NCBI RefSeq assembly: GCF_000470655.1
Contig: NC_021921.1
Span: 2,719,566 to 2,743,565, forward strand
Reading direction: 5' to 3'
DNA from: Halorhabdus tiamatea SARL4B
Lineage (GTDB): Archaea; Halobacteriota; Halobacteria; Halobacteriales; Haloarculaceae
Length of the DNA stretch: 24,000 bases
The position numbers were made by a program, and so were the translations under genes. How positions within the stretch are numbered: position 1 is the first letter of the stretch; each line of letters starts with the position of its first letter. The notes beneath the pieces are model-generated. The model had not been told where the DNA came from. It searched no databases and worked only from the letters and a program-made list of their open reading frames with translations. Shown one piece after another: positions 1-8,172 of this stretch.

Positions 1-82
1 CTTCGATACCTTCCACGGCACGTGGTAAGCTGTCGATCGGCGAACGCCACGGCCCTCTTTTCAGCGTGACCGGGAACACGTC

Positions 83-757
83 GTGGAGTACTTCACTCGC
101 CCGCCCGAACGAGAGTCCATGAAACGATCGCTCGAAGAACACGCCGCCCGGTTCGACGAGCAGGCCGACGCCTACGACGGCGACAACTCGCCCGAGTACC
201 GGGCGTGTGCCGACCTGGTGATCGAACATGCCGATCCTGACGGGGACGACACCGTCCTCGATCTCGGGACAGGCACCGGCGCGATTGCCCTCGCGCTGGC
301 TCCAGCGGCCGGCCACGTGATCGGCCGCGACATCAGCGAGGGGATGCGCGAACAGGCTCGAGGGAAAGCTGCCGACCGTGGCCTGGACAACACCGAGTTC
401 GGCGAGGGTCGGTTTCGCGATCCGAACCTGCCGGATGGGGCCGACGTGGACGTCGTGGTCTCGAACTTCGCCATGCACCACCTCAGCGACGCCGAGAAGC
501 GTGACGCGATCGAGACCATCGCGAGTCTGGAACCGACGCGGTTCGTCCTCGGCGACGTGATGTTCTTCGGGACGCCTGACCCCGACGAGCCGTTCTATTC
601 GCCCGACGTCGACGATCCCGCCACCGTCGGGACGCTGGTCGACGCCTTCACCGACGCCGGGTTCGCGCTCACTGCCGTCGAGCGCGTCCACGATCAGGTC
701 GGCGTGCTGGTGGCCGAACGAGTCCCGATGAAGCCACCTGCGGAGGACAGCCCATGA
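83..757 (+). CDS. class I SAM-dependent methyltransferase
   Basis: 224-aa ORF with the SAM-binding motif I VLDLGTGTGAIALALAP and a downstream DVVVSNFAMHHL motif. Composition is acidic. The stop overlaps the next start (ATGA at 754-757). The start is GTG at 83; an alternative ATG lies at 119. A TATA-like CTTTTCA at about 56-62 fits a transcript starting near 83. Confidence 0.8.
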   Translation: MEYFTRPPERESMKRSLEEHAARFDEQADAYDGDNSPEYRACADLVIEHADPDGDDTVLDLGTGTGAIALALAPAAGHVIGRDISEGMREQARGKAADRGLDNTEFGEGRFRDPNLPDGADVDVVVSNFAMHHLSDAEKRDAIETIASLEPTRFVLGDVMFFGTPDPDEPFYSPDVDDPATVGTLVDAFTDAGFALTAVERVHDQVGVLVAERVPMKPPAEDSP

Positions 758-1230
758 AGCACCTCCCGAAGCACTTCCGCCAGCGCTGGCGGTATCTCGC
801 GGTCGAACTCGAAACCTGGCCGGACGCCGACTTCGATCGTGGCACCTTCCAGCGCCACCTCTGGTTCGCGGCCCAGAACCTCCTGGGTGACGTCGGCTCG
901 GCGTCGGTCGGTCTATCGGTCCTCCGCTTCGACCGTGCGGGGCCGACCGGGACGGCGATCGTCCGGACGCGTCGCGACGAAGTGACGAACGCCCGGGCGG
1001 TACTCGCCACCCTCGCGTCCGTCGGCGACGATCCAGTCGGCCTCCGGGTCCGGGGCGTCAGCGGGACCGTCCGCGCGTGTGAGGAAACGTATTTAGGCGG
1101 CCGACCGGAAGCCAGGGATCAGACCGTCGCCTTCGAGGGAGCCGATCGATCCGCAGTCGCCCGGGGCGGCCGGGTCGACGTGGCCGTCGATGACGGGTTC
1201 GTCGGGGCAACCAACGGCGATCTTCACTAA
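754..1230 (+). CDS. rnp2: ribonuclease P protein component 2 (Pop5/Rnp2 family)
   Basis: 158-aa ORF. The N-terminus MKHLPKHFRQRWRYLAVELE matches the conserved archaeal Pop5 N-terminal signature as I recall it. It lies directly upstream of psmA (2-nt gap), the classic archaeal superoperon arrangement. Confidence 0.8.
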   Translation: MKHLPKHFRQRWRYLAVELETWPDADFDRGTFQRHLWFAAQNLLGDVGSASVGLSVLRFDRAGPTGTAIVRTRRDEVTNARAVLATLASVGDDPVGLRVRGVSGTVRACEETYLGGRPEARDQTVAFEGADRSAVARGGRVDVAVDDGFVGATNGDLH

Positions 1231-1232
1231 CG

Positions 1233-2066
1233 ATGCAAGGACAAAAACAGCAGGCCTACGATCGCGGTATCACTATCTTCTCACCCGACGGGCGACTCTA
1301 TCAGGTCGAGTACGCCCGTGAAGCCGTCAAACGGGGAACGGCGTCCATCGGGATTCGGACAGCCGACGGGGTCGTCCTCGCGGTGGACAAGCAGGTTCGC
1401 TCCCCGCTCATGGTGCGTGATTCCGTCGAGAAGCTTCACAAGGCCGACGACCACATTGGAATCGCCAGCGCGGGTCACGTCGCCGACGCCCGCCAGCTCA
1501 TCGACTTCGCCCGCCGGCAGGCCCAGCTCAATCGCCTCCGATACGGTGAAGCCATCGGTGTCGAGACGCTTACGAAGGCGGTCACCGACCACGTCCAGCA
1601 GTACACCCAGATCGGTGGCGCTCGTCCGTTCGGCGTCGCGCTGATGATCGCCGGCGTCAGCGACGGGCAACCCTATCTGTACGAGACCGATCCCTCCGGA
1701 ACGCCCTACGAGTGGAAGGCACTCGCCATCGGAGCTGATCGGGGTGCGATCCGGGAGTATCTCGAAGCCAATTACGACGAGGAGATGACGCTAGAGGCCG
1801 GCGTCGAGTTGGCACTCGAGGCACTGGAGTCAGTCGCCGAAGGGGGGCTGACGCCCGAGGGTGTCGGACTCGCAACGATTGCCGTCGAGGGCGCCCAATT
1901 CCACAAGTTCACCGACGCCGAGACAGAGGCGTACCTCAGCGATCTGGAGCTGCTCGCCACAGACGACGAGGATGATTCGACGGAAGACGACGAAGCAGGC
2001 CCGACGGAAGACGGGGGCACACCCCCGGAAGCGGACGAGGACAGCGACGATTCGGTCGACGACTGA
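1233..2066 (+). CDS. psmA: proteasome subunit alpha, with an extended acidic C-terminal tail
   Basis: The N-terminus MQGQKQQAYDRGITIFSPDGRLYQVEYAREAVKRGTASIGIRT is the canonical archaeal 20S alpha-subunit signature. The ORF is 277 aa and the last ~35 residues are almost entirely D/E/S/T. Confidence 0.95.
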   Translation: MQGQKQQAYDRGITIFSPDGRLYQVEYAREAVKRGTASIGIRTADGVVLAVDKQVRSPLMVRDSVEKLHKADDHIGIASAGHVADARQLIDFARRQAQLNRLRYGEAIGVETLTKAVTDHVQQYTQIGGARPFGVALMIAGVSDGQPYLYETDPSGTPYEWKALAIGADRGAIREYLEANYDEEMTLEAGVELALEALESVAEGGLTPEGVGLATIAVEGAQFHKFTDAETEAYLSDLELLATDDEDDSTEDDEAGPTEDGGTPPEADEDSDDSVDD

Positions 2067-2225
2067 TCGGCTGAAAGGGAGGTTTCGAATTCGTGCGACC
2101 CCGAGAGCATCCGACACGGATTCGCGAATGGGTGGGCCAAAGCGGCGGTTCTCGAATTGCGGGACGTACCTGGCAGTAAGTCTGGGCGGCCGGTATCTCT
2201 CGGCTTGCGTGCGTTCGGAAACACC

Positions 2226-2231
2226 TTTTAG
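2226..2231 (+). promoter_or_regulatory. TATA-like box (TTTTAG) for a leaderless SBDS-family transcript
   Basis: This is the only AT-rich hexamer in the GC-rich spacer. Its centre is about 27 nt upstream of the ATG at 2255, the typical haloarchaeal TATA-to-TSS spacing. Confidence 0.4.
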
Positions 2232-2254
2232 TCGGCCCCAAGTAGGAGTAACAC

Positions 2255-2980
2255 ATGATATCGCTTGACGAGGCTGTCACGGCCCGTCTGGAAACACACG
2301 GCGAACGCTTCGAGGTGCTGGTCGATCCCGACGCCGCGCTCGCGATGAAACGCGGTGACTTCGAGGGTGAGCTCGAGGACGTCATCGCCGCCGAGGACGT
2401 CTTCGAGAACGCCTCACGTGGTGACCGACCGCCGGAGAATGCCCTCGAAGAGGTCTTTGAAACGACCGAGCCCCTGGAAATCATTCCCGAGGTCATCGAA
2501 CGGGGGGAGATCCAGATCACGGCCGACCAGCGCCGGGAGATGCAGGAGCGCAAACACCGCGAACTCGTCCAGCGCATCACCCGCAACGCGGTCAATCCAC
2601 AGATGGACGACGCGCCTCACCCGCCGGACCGGATCGAGTCCGCCCTGGAAGAAGCCGGGTTCCAGGTCGATCCGATGGAACCTGTCGAGAACCAGGTCGA
2701 CGACGCACTCGACGCCCTCAGGCCGGTAATTCCGATCCGCTTCGACGAGGTCACCGTCGCGGTCCAACTGCCACCCGATTACGCCGGGAGCGGACAGGCG
2801 AAGATCCGGGAGTTCGGGGACTTAGAGAGCGAAGAGTGGCAAAGCGACGGCTCGTGGGTCGGCGTGCTCACCTTCCCCGCCGGCCTCCAGAACGACTTCT
2901 ACGAACTCGCAAACGAGGTTTCCAGCGGCGGGGCCGAGACGCGCATCATCAAGGACGAAGACGACATCAAAACTCGTTGA
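2255..2980 (+). CDS. SBDS/Sdo1-family ribosome maturation protein
   Basis: 241-aa ORF. The N-terminus MISLDEAVTARLETHGERFEVLVDPDAALAMKRGD is typical of archaeal SBDS orthologues. It follows psmA as in the archaeal exosome superoperon. Confidence 0.9.
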   Translation: MISLDEAVTARLETHGERFEVLVDPDAALAMKRGDFEGELEDVIAAEDVFENASRGDRPPENALEEVFETTEPLEIIPEVIERGEIQITADQRREMQERKHRELVQRITRNAVNPQMDDAPHPPDRIESALEEAGFQVDPMEPVENQVDDALDALRPVIPIRFDEVTVAVQLPPDYAGSGQAKIREFGDLESEEWQSDGSWVGVLTFPAGLQNDFYELANEVSSGGAETRIIKDEDDIKTR

Positions 2981-3053
2981 TGCCATCGGTGGGTCGTCCC
3001 GTCAAATCTATCTGAGCCCAGGTCAGATCACTCACTGCGAAGGCAATATACGA

Positions 3054-3896
3054 ATGGGCTGGCTCCCTCTCGAGCGCTACCGACGACCCGAATACACCGG
3101 TGCGAACCGATGTCTGCCGTGTACCGTTGTCAACAGTGTCATCGCTGTCGTGATCGGAAACACGACGTTTACGCTCTTGGTGGGCCTGAACACTCGCCCG
3201 ACTCTCGCAGCGACAGTCGCGATCGGCGTAATCGCGATCGCCGGCGTCCAGATCTGGCTCCGTGGCTATCTGCTCCCCGGTACACCGACGCTCTCGGCGC
3301 GGTACTTCCCGCCGTGGGTACTCCGTGCCTTCGGCAAGGAGCCGTTCGTAGTCGATGGGACGCGCAGCGAATCTGGGATCGACACGGAACGGCCCCTCGC
3401 TGGGGCAAACGCCGTTCGATTCGGCGAACGCACGGCCTACGGCACCCTCGAGGACACCTTCGCGGACGAGTGGCAGGCTGCGATCGAGGACCTCGCTTCC
3501 GTCGAAACGACTGTCGTGGATGTCTTCGACGTTGACGGTGCAGTCCAGATCGACGAGAGGGGCAATCACGTGATACTCACGCTCGATGGCCGTCCGTTCG
3601 GCCGATGGGTCTCGCGAGCAGCGCTGCTCGCGGACCTCGGGGCCGGCCGCGTGCTCGCCAGCCGATACGACGGGTGGGGCGAACTGGAGACAGCAGAGCG
3701 CGGACAGGTCCTCGCCCAGCTGCGACGATACATCGACGCCTGTCCCGCGTGTGCGGGCGAGGCAGTCTCCAGCTTGGATTCCGCGACGTCTTGTTGTCGT
3801 GAGTACGAGGTTGTCACTGTCTCGTGTTCGGACTGCGGGACGCGGTTGTCTGAAGTGCCTGTCGCGGCTGTCGACGAACACGAAGCGGTGTCCTGA
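3054..3896 (+). CDS. hypothetical membrane-anchored protein with C-terminal zinc-ribbon-like cysteine motifs
   Basis: 280-aa ORF with GC-rich third codon positions. An N-terminal CLPC is followed by two hydrophobic segments (VVNSVIAVVIGNTTFTLLVGL and LAATVAIGVIAIAGVQIWL). An acidic soluble domain ends in CPAC-x13-CC-x10-CSDC. I recognise no family. Confidence 0.6.
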   Translation: MGWLPLERYRRPEYTGANRCLPCTVVNSVIAVVIGNTTFTLLVGLNTRPTLAATVAIGVIAIAGVQIWLRGYLLPGTPTLSARYFPPWVLRAFGKEPFVVDGTRSESGIDTERPLAGANAVRFGERTAYGTLEDTFADEWQAAIEDLASVETTVVDVFDVDGAVQIDERGNHVILTLDGRPFGRWVSRAALLADLGAGRVLASRYDGWGELETAERGQVLAQLRRYIDACPACAGEAVSSLDSATSCCREYEVVTVSCSDCGTRLSEVPVAAVDEHEAVS

Positions 3897-3998
3897 ACCG
3901 TCTCGTTTGTCCCTATACGGCTTCCAGGGCCGATTCTGGGTGGCAAGCGGCCATCGGGAACTTCACAAGGCTTATGCGCGAGTTGGCAGTTTCCTTGC

Positions 3999-4004
3999 CT
4001 AATG
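3999..4004 (+). promoter_or_regulatory. TATA-like box (CTAATG) upstream of the aglB ATG at 4028
   Basis: AT-rich element centred about 26 nt upstream of the ATG at 4028. A second candidate, CCTATAC at about 3912-3918, would instead give a leadered transcript. Confidence 0.3.
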
Positions 4005-4027
4005 AGTGTTCGGAGGGTTCCCGACAT

Positions 4028-7000
4028 ATGAGTGGGCTGAATGACTACGTTAGCGATGATTCGCCTGTCAACGACGTCATCGAGTGGTTGTCGGCGTGGT
4101 ACCACGTCCTGATCGTCGCCGGCCTGTTCGGGTTCATGGTCTGGCTGCGAGCCCGAACGTGGGGTCGATTCCTCGTCGACGGGAAGGTCCTTTTCAGTGG
4201 GAACGACCCGTGGTATCACCTGCGCCAGATCTCCTATACGGTCTCACACTGGCCCTCGACGATGCCGTTCGATCCCTGGACGGAGTTCCCCACCGGAACG
4301 TTCGTCGGCCAGTTCGGGACGTTCATGGATCAGTTGGTCGCGACAGCGGCGCTCGTCATCGGCCTCGGAAGCCCGAGTGACGAATTGGTCCGTCTCGTCG
4401 CGCTGTTCTCCCCGGTCGTCTTCGGTGCGGCGATCGTCGTGCCGACGTACTACCTCGGCAAGCGGATGGGCGGTCGACTCGGTGGGGTGATCGCCGCGCT
4501 CGTCCTCGCGCTGTCGGCCGGGGAACTCCTCCAGCGGAGCCTCGTCGGGTTCGCGGACCACCAGGTCGTCGAGGCGCTGTTTCAGGCCCTCGCCGTCCTC
4601 GGAATTTTGATCGCCGTTCGGGTGGCACAGGAGGAAAAACCAGTCTACGAGCTGTTCGTCGACCGCGACTGGGCGGCGCTTCGTCGCCCGCTGGGATGGG
4701 CGACGCTGGCCGGCGCTGGCCTCGGACTGTATCTCTGGACGTGGCCGCCGGCGATCCTCCTCATCGGGATCCTGGGAGTCTACGTGACCATTCAACTGCC
4801 GGTCGCCTACCTCCGCGGCGAGAGTCCCGAACACGTCGGGATCGCGACAGCGACGATCTTCTCCGTGGCCGGTGTCCTCTCGCTGGTCTCGATCACTTCG
4901 TTCGACCTCAACATGGTCCAGCTATCGCTGGCCCAGCCGGCACTCGCATTCGCTGGCGTCGCGTGGTCACTCGGATTGGCCTGGCTCGCACGTGAATGGG
5001 ACCGACGTCATCTTGCGAGCTGGCAGTACCCCGCGACGGTCTTCGGTGGACTCGTCGTCGGTGCCGTCCTGCTCGCCGTACTGCTGCCGGACCTGTTCTG
5101 GTACTTCTTCGATCAGTTGCTCCGGTTCGTCGGCTTCACCGTCAACCCGACCGCCTCGGCCAGTACGGTCGGCGAAGTTCAGCCTCTGACGACGATCGAT
5201 CCACTCTGGCAGTGGTTCGGGGCCGCGCCATTTGTCGCGGTCGCTGGGGTCGGCATTGCCATCGCTCACCAGTACCTCAGCGACGAACTCAAGCCGGAGT
5301 TGCTCTTTGTCGCCCTCTGGTTCGTGTTCATGGTCGCGGCGACGTTCACCCAGCAGCGATTCGCCTACTACCTCACCGTTCCGACCGCGACGCTGACTGC
5401 CCTCGTCGTCACCTGGCTGTTCGGGTATCTCCGCTCGGCTGCTGACAGCAGCGACCTCGAGACCTATCAGGTCCTGACGATCCTCAGCGTGGTCGTCGCC
5501 GTCGTCCTGCCGATGGTCGTCGTCTATCCGACCGCCATCGACGTCTCCGGACAGAACGGTCCTGGTGGCGTCTCCGGCTGGGAGAGTAGCCTCGAGTGGA
5601 TGAGCGAGAACACGCCCGCCGTGGGCAACTACGGCGGGGCCGGCAACGCCGAAGACCTCGACTTCTATGGCACCTACGAGCGGACCGACGACTACGAGTA
5701 TCCCGACGGTGCCTACGGCGTGATGTCGTGGTGGGACTACGGTCACTGGATCACCCAGGAAGGCGAACGCATCCCCGTAGCCAACCCGTTCCAGGGCAAC
5801 GCCGACAAAGCAGCCAGGTTCTTGATCGCTCAAAACGAGTCGGAGGCGGCTGGTGCCCTCGACGTGGTGAGCGAAAACGAGACCGACGCCCAGACGCGCT
5901 ACGCGATGATCGACTGGAAGATGGCGACTGCCAACGGCGCTTTCGGCGGGAAGTACTTCGCGCCGCCGAACTTCCTCGATACCGTCTCTGAGTCGACGTA
6001 CTACCGCAAGGTTCGCGGACTCGTCTCGACCGAGGAGCAGTCCTCGATCACCAGCCAGTATTACACCGTCCAGAAACAGGCTTACTACGAGTCGATGTCA
6101 GCCCGGCTGTACCGGTATCACGGGAGCGCTGCCTCACCGGAGAACGTGCCGGGCGTCAGTACTCAGGGGCGGATTCCGGTCGTCGACTGGGAGGAGACCC
6201 CGGTGACGCTTTCCGACGGGACTGAAACGACCTGGAACGTCCCGGCGAGAAACGAGAACGGGTCGGCCCAGGCGCTGCGATGGTTCGACAACCGCACGGC
6301 CGCAGAAGCCTACGTCGCCGAGGACGGAACCGCTCAGATCGGTGGGCTCGGGAAGATTCCGGCCGAGGAGGTGCCCGCACTTGAACACTACCGGCTGGTC
6401 CACGTGAGCAACCAGAGCCAGAACTCGTTCACGGCGAGCCAGCCCGGCCTGCTGTGGTTCGCCCAACAGAACGCCCAGAATCAGCAGGTGCAGTATCAGT
6501 CTGGCGTGGGCGTCCGGGATCTGCTGGGCGGGACGTTCTCCGAACCCAACAGCGCCTGGACGAAGACCTTCGAGCGGGTCCCTGGCGCGACCGTCGAAGG
6601 AACTGGCCCGGCCAATACGAACGTCACAGCCTCCGTCGAGATGGAGATGCCCAACGCCAACGGGACGTTCACCTACCGCCAGCACGCCCAGACTGACGCT
6701 GACGGCGAGTTCACGATGACGCTACCGTACTCGACGACGGACTACGACGCGGTGAGTACCGAAGACGGCTACACGAACGTCAGCGTGCGAGCGAACGGGT
6801 CCTACGAGTTCCGAACACCGTCGACGACCCACTCGACGAACGAGAGCGTGACGGTGACTGCCTACACCGACACCGCGGACGTCTCCGACGAGCAAGTCGT
6901 CGGGACCGACGAGTCGGTCGTGGAAGTCAACCTGACCGAGTCCGTCCTCTTCGAACAGGATCTCAATTCCTCGGACGATTCGACGAACGAGACGGGCGAG

Positions 7001-7141
7001 AACACGACAGACGGCACCGAGACGAGCGACACGGACGGTGGATCGACCGGCGAAACGGACGAGAACACGACCGAATCGCTCGCGCCTGCAATCGCCGTCG
7101 GCGACGCACCGATCGCTCGCGCAGCTCCCACCGGCTACTAA
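4028..7141 (+). CDS. aglB: archaeal oligosaccharyltransferase AglB (STT3 family)
   Basis: Catalytic WWDYGHW motif (VMSWWDYGHWITQEG). The N-terminal half has many transmembrane segments and a GNDPWYHLR loop. A large C-terminal soluble region follows. The longest ORF begins at ATG 3974; ATG 4028 (MSGLNDYV...) is preferred because of the TATA spacing, but the start is uncertain. Confidence 0.93.
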   Translation: MSGLNDYVSDDSPVNDVIEWLSAWYHVLIVAGLFGFMVWLRARTWGRFLVDGKVLFSGNDPWYHLRQISYTVSHWPSTMPFDPWTEFPTGTFVGQFGTFMDQLVATAALVIGLGSPSDELVRLVALFSPVVFGAAIVVPTYYLGKRMGGRLGGVIAALVLALSAGELLQRSLVGFADHQVVEALFQALAVLGILIAVRVAQEEKPVYELFVDRDWAALRRPLGWATLAGAGLGLYLWTWPPAILLIGILGVYVTIQLPVAYLRGESPEHVGIATATIFSVAGVLSLVSITSFDLNMVQLSLAQPALAFAGVAWSLGLAWLAREWDRRHLASWQYPATVFGGLVVGAVLLAVLLPDLFWYFFDQLLRFVGFTVNPTASASTVGEVQPLTTIDPLWQWFGAAPFVAVAGVGIAIAHQYLSDELKPELLFVALWFVFMVAATFTQQRFAYYLTVPTATLTALVVTWLFGYLRSAADSSDLETYQVLTILSVVVAVVLPMVVVYPTAIDVSGQNGPGGVSGWESSLEWMSENTPAVGNYGGAGNAEDLDFYGTYERTDDYEYPDGAYGVMSWWDYGHWITQEGERIPVANPFQGNADKAARFLIAQNESEAAGALDVVSENETDAQTRYAMIDWKMATANGAFGGKYFAPPNFLDTVSESTYYRKVRGLVSTEEQSSITSQYYTVQKQAYYESMSARLYRYHGSAASPENVPGVSTQGRIPVVDWEETPVTLSDGTETTWNVPARNENGSAQALRWFDNRTAAEAYVAEDGTAQIGGLGKIPAEEVPALEHYRLVHVSNQSQNSFTASQPGLLWFAQQNAQNQQVQYQSGVGVRDLLGGTFSEPNSAWTKTFERVPGATVEGTGPANTNVTASVEMEMPNANGTFTYRQHAQTDADGEFTMTLPYSTTDYDAVSTEDGYTNVSVRANGSYEFRTPSTTHSTNESVTVTAYTDTADVSDEQVVGTDESVVEVNLTESVLFEQDLNSSDDSTNETGENTTDGTETSDTDGGSTGETDENTTESLAPAIAVGDAPIARAAPTGY

Positions 7142-7144
7142 ATC

Positions 7145-8110
7145 GTGTCTACGGAACAGTCACCCTCGGCTCTCGACGTTCGCGCCTGGGTGGTGATCTA
7201 CCTCAAGGGGGTTGCGATGGGGACGGCCGACTCGGTCCCTGGCGTCTCCGGCGGGACGATCGCGCTCATCACCGGCATCTACGAGCGGTTGATCAGCGCC
7301 ATTGCGACACTCGATCCCCGGGCCGCCAGACACCTCCTCCGGGTGCATCACGCAAACGGCCGACAGGCGCTGGTCAGCCGCTTGCTCGCGATGGATGTCC
7401 CGTTCCTGGTCGTTCTCGGGTCCGGTGTCGCGACGGCGATCGTGGTCGTCTCGCGGGTGATGCACGCGGCACTCGCCGACGCACGAGCGCTTACGTTCGC
7501 GTTCTTCTTCGGGTTGATCGCCGCGTCGGCGGTCGTCCTCTACGAACACGTCTCGGTCGCCACGCCCGGGCGGATCGCCGCCGCGGTCATCGGGTTCGCG
7601 CTCGCCTTTCTCGTCTCGGGCGTTTCGGCTGGTTCGGAAGCCTCCCACGCGTTGCCGTTCGTCTTCGTGGCGGGGGCTATCGCGATCACCGCGATGATCT
7701 TGCCGGGCGTCTCGGGGGCGTTCTTCCTCGTCCTCCTCGGCCAATACGACCACCTGACGACGGTCCTCAAACGGTTCGTCGACCGGTTGGTCGGCCTCGC
7801 GGTCGGTGACGCGACGCTCGCCGACGTATTCGACCTCGGGACGACTGTCCTGACGTTCGGGGTCGGCGCGATTCTCGGCTTGCTCGCGTTCGCCCGGGTC
7901 GTCCAGTGGGCGCTCGCGACCTACCGGGCGGCGACGTTGACCTTCCTCGTGAGTTTGATGGTCGGGGCGCTCCGGTTGCCCGCCATCGAGGTTCTCGACA
8001 ACACCGCTGCCTGGACGCCGGGGACGACGGTCGCGACGCTCGCGGCTGGCGGCGTCGGTGCGCTCGCGGTCCTCCTGTTGGATCGGTACACGGAGTCGCT
8101 GTCGTACTGA
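7145..8110 (+). CDS. DUF368 family membrane protein (PopT-like putative polyprenyl-phosphate translocase)
   Basis: 321-aa polytopic membrane ORF with the duplicated DUF368 signature: GTADSVPGVSGGTIALITGIYERL and AMILPGVSGAFFLVLLGQYDHL. The GTG start lies 3 nt after the aglB stop. Confidence 0.87.
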   Translation: MSTEQSPSALDVRAWVVIYLKGVAMGTADSVPGVSGGTIALITGIYERLISAIATLDPRAARHLLRVHHANGRQALVSRLLAMDVPFLVVLGSGVATAIVVVSRVMHAALADARALTFAFFFGLIAASAVVLYEHVSVATPGRIAAAVIGFALAFLVSGVSAGSEASHALPFVFVAGAIAITAMILPGVSGAFFLVLLGQYDHLTTVLKRFVDRLVGLAVGDATLADVFDLGTTVLTFGVGAILGLLAFARVVQWALATYRAATLTFLVSLMVGALRLPAIEVLDNTAAWTPGTTVATLAAGGVGALAVLLLDRYTESLSY

Positions 8111-8172
8111 CAGCTCGCGCCGACGGGATCCGAGTCGGTAGCGTTTTCCCCACGCTGGGCCTGCCAGAGCGT

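Noticed and set aside
2067-2254. 188-nt spacer between psmA and the SBDS gene, with short palindromes (CGAATTCG at 2085-2092, TTCGCGAA at 2121-2128). It was considered as a possible ncRNA locus.
   Set aside because: I saw no convincing extended secondary structure, no tRNA-like or known RNA motif, and no second TATA box. It is more simply a terminator/promoter spacer for a leaderless SBDS transcript. Transcriptome data would be needed to revisit this.
2967-3881. 304-aa minus-strand ORF opposite the zinc-ribbon membrane protein
   Set aside because: It has Arg-rich shadow-frame composition. The plus-strand frame has better codon bias and sensible domain logic (CxxC pairs and transmembrane segments). 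Confidence in the plus-strand gene is only moderate.
7080-7141. Possible PGF-CTERM or other sorting signal at the AglB C-terminus (LAPAIAVGDAPIARAAPTGY)
   Set aside because: There is no PGF motif, no terminal hydrophobic helix and no basic tail. It is just a short Ala/Pro-rich end.
7906-8172. Upstream extension of the glycosyltransferase ORF, giving 445 aa
   Set aside because: The extension overlaps the 3' end of the DUF368 gene in another frame, is Arg-rich, and precedes a canonical GT4 N-terminus at MRVLNYL (ATG 8173).
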